This document shows positions 24,185 to 35,080 of a DNA stretch of 64,000 nt, piece by piece (the first letter of the stretch is position 1; the number at the start of each line of letters is the position of its first letter). This DNA comes from Mobula hypostoma. Taxonomy: Eukaryota. Under the pieces are notes generated by a model. It was not told where the DNA came from, did no database searches, and was given only the letters and a program-made list of their open reading frames with translations. A program made the translations under genes and the position numbers. The DNA is taken from contig NC_086111.1 of the NCBI RefSeq assembly GCF_963921235.1, positions 59,644,001 through 59,708,000 on the forward strand. The letters are read 5' to 3'.

Positions 24185-25565
24185 CAAACCAGTGAGTCTG
24201 AATTCAGTGGTGGGCAAGTTGTTGGAGAAGATCCTGAGAGGGAGGATTTATGAGCATTTGGAGAGACATAATCTGATTAGGGATAGTCAGCATGGTCTTA
24301 TCAAGGGTAGGCCATGCCTTACGAGCCTGATTGAATTCTTTGAGGATGTAACAACAGACACCGATGAAGGTACAGCAGTGGATGTAGTGTATATGGATTT
24401 CAGTAAGGCATTTGATAAGGTTCCCCGTGCAAGGCTCTTTCAGAAAGTAAGGAGGCATGGGATCCAAGGAGACCTTCCTTTGTGGATCTAGAATTGGCTT
24501 GCCCACAGAAGGCAAAGAGTGGTTGTAGATGGTTCATATTCTGCATGGAGGTTGGTGACCAGTGGTGTTCTGCAAGGATCTGTTCTGGGACCCCTCCTCT
24601 TTATGATTTTTATAAATGACCTGGATGAAGAAGTAGAAGGGTGGGTTAGTAAGTTTGCTGATGACACAAAGGTTGGGAGTGTTGTGGATAGTCTGGAGGG
24701 TTGTCAAAGGTTACAACGGGACATCAATAGGATGCAGAACTGGGCTGAGAAATGGCAGATGGATTTCAACCCAGATAAGTGTGAAGTTTTGGTAGGTCAA
24801 ATTTGAATACAGAATATAATTTTAATGGTAAGACTCTTGGCAGTGTGGAGGAGCTGAGAGATCTTGTGGTCTGTGTCCATAGGACACTCAAAGCTGCTGC
24901 ACAGGTTGACAGTGTTGTTAAGAAGGCGTATGGTGTGCTGGCATTCATCAACCATGGGATTGAGCTCAAGAGATGTGAGGTAGTTTTGAAGCTATACAAG
25001 ACCTTGATCAGACCCCACTTAAGAGTATTGTGTTCAGTTCTGGACACCTCACTACAGGAATGATGTGGATACTATAAAGAGTGTGCACAGGAGATTTACA
25101 AGGACATTGCCGGATTGGCAACGGTTGAGTGAACCAGGCCTTTGAGAATAGGTTGAGTGAACTAGGCCTTTTCTCCTTGGTGCGACAGAGGATGAGGGGT
25201 GACCCGACAGAGGTGTACAAGATGATGAGGGGCACTGATTGTGTGGATAGCCAGAGGCTTTTTCCCAGGGCTGAAATGGCTAACATGAGGGGGCATAGTT
25301 TTAAGGTGCTTGGAAATAGGTACCAAGGGTATGTCAGGGGTAAGTTTATCAGAGAGTGGTGGGTGCACGGAATGCACTGCTGCCGCTGATGGTGGAAGCA
25401 GATACAATAGGGGTCTTTTAAGAGCCACCTAGATAGGTACATGGAGCTTAGAAAAACAGAGGGCTATGCACCAGAAATTCTAGGCAGTTTCTAAAGTAAG
25501 TTAAATGATTGGTACAACATTGTGGGTCGAAGGGCCTGTAATGTACTGTAGATTTCTATGTTCTT
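24185..25565 (+). mobile_element. CR1 LINE, 3' part of ORF2 and 3' UTR (decayed)
   Basis: VDVVYMDFSKAFDKVP, SGVLQGSVLGPLLF and KFADDTK RT motifs; tail tttctatgttct. Confidence 0.93.
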
Positions 25566-25966
25566 TAGCAATAATCTGGAAACTATCACCATTTGGAATA
25601 AACAACAGGAGTCCCTAACGAGCATAGTTAAATCAATTTAGAACGTCCTGCACAGATTTTTAAAAATGTCATATTGTGGAACCAGATTTAATTTTTAATA
25701 ATTAAACCATCCTATTTCTCTTAATAGCCTTTACCTAACTTGGACACAAATGCTACAAAGAACTCTAAGACAGTGATGTGTAGGAACAACAAGAAGATTA
25801 CTCGAGCTTCAATCATAAATTGCAGAGCTGAAATAAAAGCTCCCGTAAGCAGGTCCAATGTGTTTTAAACCCCAAACCAATGTTTCAAAATATATTATTT
25901 CTAATATCTACAACTGTCAAAGTTTAGAAAATTTGCATGAATATTTAGCAAAACCTTGTTACTTAC

Positions 25967-26079
25967 TCCATAATCAGGACCTCCTAATTCTTTTATTCTG
26001 ACTTCCCAGTGGCCTTTCTCTCGTAGCAACTTATTGATTTCATCATTCAGATCTCGTATCCGAAATTCTCCCAATCCAG
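25967..26079 (-). CDS. ISY1: ISY1 exon 6
   Basis: aag acceptor, gtaagt donor; (A)GLGEFRIRDLNDEINKLLREKGHWEVRIKELGGPDYG. Confidence 0.96.
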
Positions 26080-26166
26080 CTTTAAGAGAAAATGAATTTC
26101 CATCCCGTGAATTTCTATTGAAAACGTGAATACATTTGTGAAGTTGAAAGCAGTTTAGAAACTTAC

Positions 26167-26209
26167 CATTTTGTATCTGTGCCACTTTTTTTGAAATTTC
26201 ACTTATAAT
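26167..26209 (-). CDS. ISY1: ISY1 exon 5
   Basis: tag acceptor, gtaagt donor; IISEISKKVAQIQN; followed by an 87-nt intron. Confidence 0.95.
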
Positions 26210-27497
26210 CTAAAAAAACAAAGATTAAATAGTTGATAGCTGTGAATACTACTCACATACATATTAAATATATCCTTAGCGATTACAAGATTCTGATTAT
26301 TTCCATACTGTAGTAAACTTAACAAGATCACTTGAGCAGGATACCTTTAAAGCAAATTTGAAGCATTCATCTACCATGATCCTGTCCTTAAGCTGTGCAC
26401 TTTAACATTAAATATTTCACTGCCCACAGAAGTCTGATTGGTAGTATTACATGTATTCATGTTTAAAACTACTTTTCCAATATGATGAATGAATACAATA
26501 AAACTTCCTACCAAAGTGAAGACTGCCTTTAGATCTCTGGAGGGTCACTGCTAATGGAGAGGGGACAGAGACTGCCTTTTGATCACTGCTGGAGAGGAAA
26601 AGACTTGCCGCTGTGCCCGGAGAATGTTACCCAGGTCTTCTGTGGTTTGAATATGGACTTGGACTATAGGCTTTATTTTCAGTCTTATCATTTTCTATGT
26701 TCCGTGTTTTTCACCCGACCTTTCTCTTTTTTTTTTGTGTGTGGGTGTGGGGGATTTGGGTTTTGATTATCTTTCGTGATTTCGTGGCTATATGGCGAAG
26801 AATTATTTCAGAGTTGTATATTTCGTTAACAAACAAACCTTTGAAATGATTTAAAACACTGTTTCATTATTGAAGGAAACTCTCTACTTGAACTATTTAT
26901 GGCAATACTTTTAAAATAAAACATGACAAAATAATGGGGTCAATTTGTCAATCACAGCCCTTGTACACATCCACTTAATTGGGCTAAACGTGCAGGACCC
27001 ATCCCATTGCCTTCCACCCCCTGGATCCAGCAGCAAGGTTTGGACAGTTCCAACGCTGGAGTCCAACTGATGGAATTGCCAACAAAACTCAGCAACATTC
27101 AGTACTTCTGATTAAAATATAGAACTCTTTCTACTGTTTAGAATATTGAAACTGTATTTGTTTTACACCAGGCTGCATTAAAGGTTATTATGCTATTCCT
27201 TTCCCTTCACTATTATATTCCATAGATAAGCAGAAACCTTGGTTACAATCACTGCCTGCTATAAAAAAAAGATTGTTTAAAATCATATCACTTCTTTTTA
27301 TTGAATACCAATTAAAACCAAAGCTGAAATCTCAATTCTTAATGTATCTTTGATTACAGTAATATTGATCGATATGGAAAGTTATGGAGGAAACCAATTA
27401 TTTGCAGAATTACATTATGTTCAATCATGCCATAAAACAGTGAGAACTAGGGGAAAATATGAAATAATGTTAAACACACAAGTAATTATGGCTTTAA

Positions 27498-28232
27498 ACG
27501 CAAACAACAGGAATTCTGCAGATGCTGGAAATTCAAGCAACATACATCAAAGTTGCTGGTGAACGCAGCAGGCCAGGCAGCATCTATAGGAAGAGGCGCA
27601 GTCGACGTTTCAGGCCGAGACCCTTCGTCAGGACTAACTGAAGGAAGAGTGAGTAAGGGATTTGAAAGCTGGAGGGGGAGGGGGAGATGCAAAATGATAG
27701 GAGAAGACAGGAGGGGGAGGGATGGAGCCGAGAGCTGGACAGGTGATAGGCAGAAGGGGATACGAGAGGATCATGGGACAGGAGGTCCGGGAAGAAAGAC
27801 GGGGGGGGGGGGAGTGACCCAGAGGATGGGCAAGAGGTATATTCAGAGGGACAGAGGGAGAAAAAGGAGAGTGAGAGAAAGAATGTGTGCATAAAAAAGA
27901 GTAACAGATGGGGTACGAGGGGGAGGTGGGGCCTAGCGGAAGTTAGAGAAGTCAATGTTCATGCCATCAGGTTGGAGGCTACCCATACGGAATATAAGGT
28001 GTTGTTCCTCCAACCTGAGTGTGGCTTCATCTTTACGGTAGAGGAGGCCGTGGATAGACATGTCAGAATGGGAATGGGATGTGGAATTAAAATGTGTGGC
28101 CACTGGGAGATCCTGCTTTCTCTGGCGGACAGAGCGTAGATGTTCAGCAAAGCGGTCTCCCAGTCTGCGTCGGGTCTCACCAATATATAAAAGGCCACAT
28201 CGGGAGCACCGGACGCAGTATATCACCCCAGT
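27498..28232 (-). mobile_element. PLE copy B (3' 0.73 kb: endonuclease end and terminal repeat); in ISY1 intron 4
   Basis: Nearly identical to copy A. ORF 27933-28226 is the GIY-YIG domain. Keeps the full 3' tail. No TSD seen. Confidence 0.92.
27599..27636 (-). ncRNA. Minimal hammerhead ribozyme, PLE copy B
   Basis: Same sequence as 13804-13841. Confidence 0.85.
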
Positions 28233-28451
28233 TTAGTAGGAACTAGTGTCTTATCAACTATTATAAAATGGATTGTGTATTGGCTATTATGTTAAAACAC
28301 AGTTATTAGTCCAAAAGAAAGTTTTGGACTAATTTTTGTGACCACACATCTTGGGCGCTTTGACTTCACAATTGTCATGCCTTGATCTCAATTGAGAAGT
28401 GCCACTATATTAAAATGAACCATGATACAATTTTTAGAGCAGTATAAACGT

Positions 28452-28760
28452 GGGCACGTGGCCAAGTGGTTAAGGCACTGGACTAGCTACCTGAAGGTCG
28501 TGAGTTCGAGCCCCAGCCGAGGGAACGTGTTATGTCCTTGAGCAAGGCACTTAATCACACATTGCTCTGCGACGACACTGGTGCCAAGCTGCATGGGTCC
28601 TAATGCCCTTCCCTTGGACAACATTGGTGTCGTGGAGAGGGGAGACTTGCAGCATGGGCAACTGCTGGTCTTCCATACAACCTTGCCCAGGCCTGCGCCC
28701 TGGAGAGTGAAGACTTTCCAGGCGCAGATCCATGGTCTCGCAAGACTAACGGATGCCTTA
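28452..28760 (+). mobile_element. tRNA-derived SINE with intact Pol III A and B boxes
   Basis: TGGCCAAGTGG A box and GTTCGAGCC B box followed by about 240 nt of non-tRNA body. Confidence 0.8.
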
Positions 28761-28956
28761 AATAAACAGCACCATCTCTTCTTGCTCAGCCCCCATCCCA
28801 CTTGTATCTCTGCAAATACAAAATTTAGTTTCAAAACAAATTTTTAAACACAGTGAAGTAAACACTAACAATTGCAGTAATGTAATCAATAGATGCTGTT
28901 AATAAAACCACTCATGGAAGATTACTGAGACCGAAGAGCCAGGAGACTTCGCTTAC

Positions 28957-29022
28957 CTGTCTCCTCCATTTCTCTGCCTTATGTAAATCACTGCATTCTG
29001 ATGCAAGGAATGGTCTCCTTTC
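28957..29022 (-). CDS. ISY1: ISY1 exon 4
   Basis: cagtag tandem acceptor, gtaagc donor; ERRPFLASECSDLHKAEKWRRQ. Confidence 0.95.
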
Positions 29023-29406
29023 CTACTGAAGAGACAGAGACTGTAATCAATGTTTAGCCTAAACCAAAAGGTGTCACAGAGCCAACTGGCAAGTGACCCA
29101 AATAATGAACACATCAAAACTACATTATTTTACTACAACCAGGCAGGAAAGTATCAAAAGGTACATGTTGAATTAAAACTATTGCTTTGCTGGGGGAAAA
29201 AAACTGTTAGCTCAGTATGACTCCCATGATCACGAGACCAGGTCATGCACTGGTTCGATGAACAAGCTACATGGTGTTGTGTGCTCAATGTCTTTAAATA
29301 TATTGCTTTAGTTTGGGTATCCTGGAAAATCTTATACACTGAGTTTTATACAAAATGGGTATCTTTACAGCATCACTTTCATAATTGAAAATAACAATTC
29401 ACTAAC

Positions 29407-29458
29407 CTTAACCTTTCCATCTTCCAGCTGGGCCTGGCGAAATCTTGCCAAGGCTGTC
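29407..29458 (-). CDS. ISY1: ISY1 exon 3
   Basis: tag acceptor, gttagt donor; (M)TALARFRQAQLEDGKVK. Confidence 0.95.
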
Positions 29459-29559
29459 CTAAATGAAAATAATTAACATGGATAATTAATTCATTTTTCA
29501 TAAACTAACAGATCTGCCATTTCAACAGAGCTTGAAAATTTATTGCCAAGTCAAAATGA

Positions 29560-30746
29560 ATATATAGGGAAAAAACATTATTTTAAATTATTTTAAAAAA
29601 CATTATTTTAATCACGACCGGAATATAAGTGATAAGTCAATTATAAGTGGCTAATACACTCAATTTCTTTTCTAAAAGGGTTTATCTAACAAATTTAATA
29701 TTAAACACACAGCACATATTTTCCTTGCATGAATATAGTGATAAGTCAACAGTGGTTCCCAACCTCCAGGCCACGGACTAATATATTGCCGCGAGGAATG
29801 GAGTGGTGGCCGGAACGCACCCAGCACACCTTTAAGAAAAAAGCCGAATTAAACAAGCTAATTAATTAGGTGCCACCCGGCACGTAAATGTCGGCCCAGA
29901 TCAGAGACGACGCAATTGGCAATTGCCTCTGATCTGGGCCGACATTTACGTGCCTGGCAGCACCAAATTAATTAGCTTGTTTATTTCGGCTTTTTCGTAA
30001 AGATGTGCTGGCTGCGTTCCGGCCACTGCTGCATTCTCCGCGGCAATGTTTTGGTCTGCGGCCCGGAGGTTGGGGACCACTGAATTATAAGTCACTTATA
30101 AGTCAATAGCATCATAACATTTTACGTATCGTTTGGATATTAAACACACAGCGCATATTTTCCTCGTATGAACATATAAAATCATTGCAACACACCAACA
30201 TCGCTGAATCAGTGCGAGCCCTGAGCTTGTTTTCCTGCAACAAGACGGTCCCATCGAGGGGTGATGGGAGACAGCAATACTCGAAGGAGCTTCCGTATGT
30301 CCAGTCTATTCTGCAATTTAGTTTTCGTTGCATTCATTGCAGAAAACCCCGCTTTGCAGAGATATGATGTTGGAAATGGAAGCAACGCTTTCAGAGCTTT
30401 CGTGGCTATCTCAGGATATTCAGCCTTGACTTTGATCCAGACTGCCGGCAGAGATGTTACGTCAAACATACTTTTCAGCCCACCGTCACTTGCAAGCTCG
30501 AAGAGTTGATCTTCTTCCTGCGCTGACATGGATGATTCACCGGGGACATTCACAAATGGGTCACGGACCCATTCCTTTGCACATCTTGGGTCACTGATGA
30601 CCTCGCGTGCGTTCAAGTTTAACAGTGGGCATGACAGGGAATGAGGAAAGGTGCAGCTGACTCATATCGTTTCATATCACCAAATCATATCGTTTCCTCA
30701 TGGCCTGGTAGCACATGCTTTGCAGCCCGGTGGTTGGGGAACACTG
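29560..30746 (-). mobile_element. hAT/Charlie non-autonomous element with a transposase dimerisation-domain remnant
   Basis: ORF 30209-30616 (WIKVKAEYPEIATKALKALLPFPTSYLCKAGFS) resembles the hAT C-terminal dimerisation domain; right terminus GTTGGGGAACACTG at 30733-30746. Confidence 0.8.
29750..30082. mobile_element. Palindromic Charlie-type MITE nested in the hAT element
   Basis: CAGTGGTTCCCAACCTCC … GGAGGTTGGGGACCACTG; near-complete foldback with apex near 29915. Confidence 0.85.
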
Positions 30747-30849
30747 CTAAAGGTTACAGGGACCCATAGTACTTATATCATTAACAAAGCTTTGTAATGA
30801 GCTATATTAAATTTTAATTTGCTAATTCCTATTGAGTTAATTTACTTAC

Positions 30850-30872
30850 ATTGCCTTCTCTGCATTTCGAGC
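30850..30872 (-). CDS. ISY1: ISY1 exon 2 (23-nt micro-exon)
   Basis: ttttgcag|GCTCGAAATGCAGAGAAGGCAAT|gtaagt = ARNAEKA(M). Confidence 0.93.
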
Positions 30873-31149
30873 CTGCAAAAGCATGGAAACAAAACAAATG
30901 TATGAAAATTATAATTCTCATTATTTAATCACAAAAGTATATGAGCCCTACTTAAAAAGCCACTCAACCAACTATTTCACTAGAAGGTGTACCAGCAGAA
31001 CTTTGTGCTTCACAACCTCTATCAACCCACATGACTATACCGGATTACAATGAGAGAGTGTTTTCATAAAGCCAGGAAGCAGTGGTCAATTTAACCGCTA
31101 CTCAAATATAAAAAAAACTCTACAATTTTTAAAATAAAACAAATATTAT

Positions 31150-31310
31150 AAACAAGACACAGGAAAAGCTGCAGATGCCAGTAATCTGGAGCAATGTACA
31201 AATGCTGGATGTACTCCTGAGAGAGACTCTTGACCAGAAATGTCAACTATTTCACTCCATAGATGCTGCCTGACGTATTGAGTTCTTTCAGCTTTTTTGT
31301 ATTGCTCTAA
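31150..31310 (+). mobile_element. Degenerate short PLE-derived element
   Basis: Inverted tail copy (…gcagatgccag…) followed by a decayed hammerhead and the gatgctgcctgac…gagt tail. Confidence 0.5.
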
Positions 31311-31911
31311 ACAGCAGCAAAATACATCAGAAAGCCTAAAAGACATGTGTCTCCTAGACCATTAATACACTAAAGTATTCCTTCCAGAATGTAACTCTTC
31401 CAAGATATCAACTTTTCTCTGTCAAGATTTAAGTTACTGTTTCAATTGCGTACAACAGGAAGGGCACAGATTACTCCATAAAATGAATTGGGCTATAGCA
31501 ATTAACCATTGCAAGATAGGTTCAGCACTGGAAGATGCTGGGGTGGTGGTGGTGAAAGGATGCAGCAGTGATGATTGGATCTCTTTTCTAAAAGGCAACA
31601 AAGGAGAATGCCTGGGAAATGGGGTTGGAATTAAATAATCCAAATACAAACATGGGTTACTTCCAAAGGCGAACTTCATCTAATTCAGTAATCAGTTGTG
31701 TTTGCAAACGTAATCTTGTTTTGTAAAACGATGTACCAAGTTAATCAAGTAATTAAAATGAATGATGATGCTGGAAATAGAGAATGAAACATCAATGGGC
31801 TTTCTCTGCATAGATACTGCCCGACCTGCTGTATCCAGAGTTGTTTTTTTTTTGTCTTTACTTACGATTTCCAGTACCTGTAATAATCATTTCTATTTCC
31901 TTGTATTAACT

Positions 31912-32045
31912 TGAACGAAAGGTTTCGGCCCGAAACGTCGAATGTACTTTTTTCCCCATAGATGCTGCCTGGCCTGCTGAGTTCTTCCAGCAATTTGTGT
32001 GTGTTGCTCGGATTTCCAGCATCCACAGATTTTCTCTTGTTTGTG
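31912..32045 (+). mobile_element. Short PLE-derived element with a partial hammerhead
   Basis: aggtttcggcccGAAACGTCGA then gatgctgcctggcctgctgagttcttccagca…ttccagcatc; opposite orientation to the adjacent copy C. Confidence 0.75.
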
Positions 32046-32180
32046 GTTTGATGAACTTGAATTTAATCAACTCTGGCTATTTTAATACTAAAGATTGGGA
32101 GTAAATTATCCCCGGGACCCGGAGTTGACAGTAGAGACATTAATGATTGCAATAAACAAAAATAAAGTGATGCTTTAGGG

Positions 32181-34529
32181 AACATACATCAAAGTTGCTG
32201 GTGAACGCAGCAGGCCAAGCAGCATCTATAGGAAGAGGTGCAGTCGACGTTTCAGGCCGAGACCCTTCGTCAGGACTAACTGAAGGAAGAGTGAGTAAGG
32301 GATTTGAAAGTTGGAGGGGGAGGGGGAGATCCAAAATGATAGGAGAAGACAGGAGGGGGAGGGATAGAGCCGAGAGCTGGACAGGTGATAGGCAAAAGGG
32401 GATACGAGAGGATCATGGGACAGGAGGTCCGGGAAGAAAGACAAGGGGGGGGGTGACCCAGAGGATGGGCAAGAGGTATATTCAGAGGGACAGAGGGAGA
32501 AAAAGGAGAGTGAGAGAAAGAATGTGTGTATAAAAATAAGAAACAGATGGGGTACGAGGGGGAGGTGGGGCATTAGCGAAGTTAGAGAAGTCGATGTTCA
32601 TGCCATCAGGTTGGAGGCTACCCAGACGGAATATAAGGTGTTGTTCCTCCAACCTGAGTGTGGCTTCATCTTTACAGTAGAGGAGGCCGTGGATAGACAT
32701 ATCAGAATGGGAATGGGATGTGGAATTAAAATGTGTGGCCACTGGGAGATCCTGCTTTCTCTGGCGGACAGAGCGTAGATGTTCAGCAAAGCGGTCTCCC
32801 AGTCTGCGTCGGGTCTCACCAATATATAAAAGGCCACATCGGGAGCACCGGATGCAGTATATCACCCCAGTCAACTCACAGGTGAAGTGATGCCTCACCT
32901 GGAAGGACTGTTTGGGGCCCTGAATGGTGGTAAGGGAGGAAGTGTAAGGGCATGTGTAGCACTTGTTCCGCTTACACGGATAAGTGCCAGGAGGGAGATC
33001 AGTGGGGAGGGATGGGGGGGACGAATGGACAAGGGAGTTGTGTAGGGAGCGATCCCTGCGGAATGCAGAGATGGGGGGGAGGGAAAGATGTGCTTAGTGG
33101 TGGGATCCCGTTGGAGGTGGCGGAAGTTACGGAGAATAATATGTTGCACCCGGAGGCTGGTGGGGTGGTAGGTGAGGACCAGGGGAACCCTATTCCTAGT
33201 GGGGTGGTGGGAGGATGGAGTGAGAGCAGATGTACGTGAAATGGGGGAGATGCGTTTAAGAGCAGAGTTGATAGTGGAGGAAGGGAAGCCCCTTTCTTTA
33301 AAAAAGGAAGACATCTCCCTCGTCCTAGAATGAAAAGCCTCATCCTGAGAGCAGATGCGGCAGAGACGGACGAATTGCGAGAAGGGGATGGCGTTTTTGC
33401 AAGAGACAGGGTGAGAAGAGGAATAGTCCAGATAGCTGTGAAAGTCAGTAGGCTTATAGTAGACATCAGTGGATAAGCTGTCTCCAGAGACAGAGACAGA
33501 AAGATCTAGAAAGGGGAGGGAGGTGTCGGAAATGGACCAGGTAAACTTGAGGGCAGGGTGAAAGTTGGAGGCAAAGTTAATAAAGTCAACGAGTTCTGCA
33601 TGCGTGCAGGAAGCAGTGCCAATGCAGTCGTCGATGTAGCGAAGGAAAAGTGGGGGACAGATACCAGAATAGGCACGGAACATAGATTGTTCCACAAAGC
33701 CAACAAAAAGGCAGGCATAGCTAGGACCCATACGGGTGCCCATAGCTACACCTTTAGTTTGGAGGAAGTGGGAGGAGCCAAAGGAGAAATTATTAAGAGT
33801 AAGGACTAATTCCGCTAGACGGAGCAGAGTGGTGGTAGAGGGGAACTGATTAGGTCTGGAATCCAAAAAGAAGCGTAGAGCTTTGAGACCTTCCTGATGG
33901 GGGATGGAAGTATATAAGGACTGAACATCCATGGTGAAAATAAAGCGGTGGAGGCCAGGGAACTTAAAATCATCGAAAAGTTTAAGAGCGTGAGAAGTGT
34001 CACGAACATAGGTCGGAAGGGATTGAACAAGGGGTGATAAAACAGTGTCGAGGAATGCAGAAACCTCGGTGGGGCAGGAGCAAGCTGAGACAATAGGTCG
34101 GCCAGGACAGGCAGGTTTGTGGATCTTGGGTAGGAGGTAGAAACGGGAAGTGCGAGGTGTGGGAACTATAATGTTGGTAGCAGTGAATGGGAGATCCCCT
34201 GAGCGGATAAAGTCGGTGATGGTGTGGGAGACAATGGCCTGGTGCTCCTTGGTGGGGTCACGATCGAGGGGTAAATAAGAGGAGGTATCCGCGAGTTGTC
34301 GCTGTGCCTCGGCAAGGTAGAGGTCAGTACGCCAGATTACAACAGCACCCCCCTTATCAGCGGGTTTAATAATAAGGTTAGGATTAGTGCGGAGGGAGTG
34401 GAGAGCAGAGCGTTCCGAAGGAGTGAGGTTGGAATGGGGACAAGGTGCGGTGAAGTCGAGACAGTTGATGTCCCGTCGGCAGTTAGCGATAAAGAGATCC
34501 AGAGCAGGCAGAAGACCAGAGCGGGGTGG
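32181..34529 (-). mobile_element. PLE copy C (2.35 kb, 5'-truncated, frameshifted); in ISY1 intron 1
   Basis: RT ORF 32895-33932 and endonuclease ORF 32482-32898 are split by a frameshift in the G-run near 33070; a second indel lies near 34065. TSD TGCTTTAGGG at 32171-32180 and 34530-34539. Confidence 0.93.
32241..32278 (-). ncRNA. Minimal hammerhead ribozyme, PLE copy C
   Basis: Same sequence as in copies A and B. Confidence 0.85.
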
Positions 34530-34559
34530 TGCTTTAGGGGGTCACCAATAACCAAACAC

Positions 34560-35080
34560 ATAGAGGCTTACTCGTGCGTTAGTACCCGAAGCCACATGTT
34601 AAAAATTCTCATACCGAAGGTCTAGTAGAGAGATCCCATCCCCCAGCAGCAAACCTGATACGTACCATTGTGAAATTCAGCAGCACAGATCCCACAAAAC
34701 ACTTGACGCCACCATGCAGCCGCAACCCGATCAGAAGCAAAACAGGAAACCAGCTTTCTCGGGTCGGGGGTCGGAGGTCGGCGACAAAGAAGACGCTGAT
34801 TGGACGGATGCACGGGAAACGGGTGGCGGGAAGGGCCCGGATCACGTGGCTTTCCGTCTGCGTGTGCGACCAACGGTCTCGGTGACGGGGGAGTGGGGAA
34901 GACGGTCGGCGCCGGCGAAGATGATTGGCTGCGCCGGGGTTTACGTCAGCTGTCAATCTCCCAGAGCCGGCGGTTAGGACGGAAGTTGTAGTTTAAACGC
35001 GCTTTTTGGTTGAGATCCTGATCACTTTCGACCCTTTGAGCTTCAGTCTGATCTCGGCGTTGCTTAGGGTACGTCAGAGA
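34560..35080 (-). promoter_or_regulatory. ISY1: ISY1 CpG-island promoter and 5' UTR
   Basis: CpG-rich. ATTGG (CCAAT) boxes near 34799 and 34924, CACGTG at 34843-34848, CRE-like TTACGTCA near 34941, ETS-like CGGAAGT at 34980, CTGTCAATC at 34950. Confidence 0.75.
34666..34668 (-). CDS. ISY1: ISY1 exon 1, coding part (ATG only)
   Basis: acaATG|gtacgt inside the CpG island; a phase-0 join to exon 2 gives MARNAEKAM. Confidence 0.8.

Larger units (their letters stand above)
11601..34668 (-). other. ISY1: ISY1 splicing factor gene, start to stop span (11 coding exons, 852 nt CDS, 283 aa)
   Basis: Exons join in frame with GT-AG borders to give MARNAEKAMTALARFRQAQLEDGKVKERRPFLASEC…GLGEFRIRDLNDEINKLLREKGHWE…IEEALVRRKKMELLQKYASE…RLLGL*, matching the known ISY1 protein. 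Adjacent to CNBP, as in other vertebrates. Confidence 0.97.

Noticed and set aside
25901-26185. Single 94-aa ORF spanning ISY1 exons 5-6
   Set aside because: Read-through of an 87-nt stop-free intron with canonical GT-AG ends. Retention would keep the frame, but nothing in the sequence supports it.
28452-28530. Possible tRNA gene (also 58130-58200)
   Set aside because: A and B boxes are present, but the sequence continues into a SINE body without a clean acceptor stem; the second copy has a TSD.
34609-34991. ORFs over the ISY1 promoter, and similar ones at 1293-1867 and 52851-53700
   Set aside because: Stop-poor frames are expected in GC-rich CpG islands. No recognisable protein apart from the exons called.
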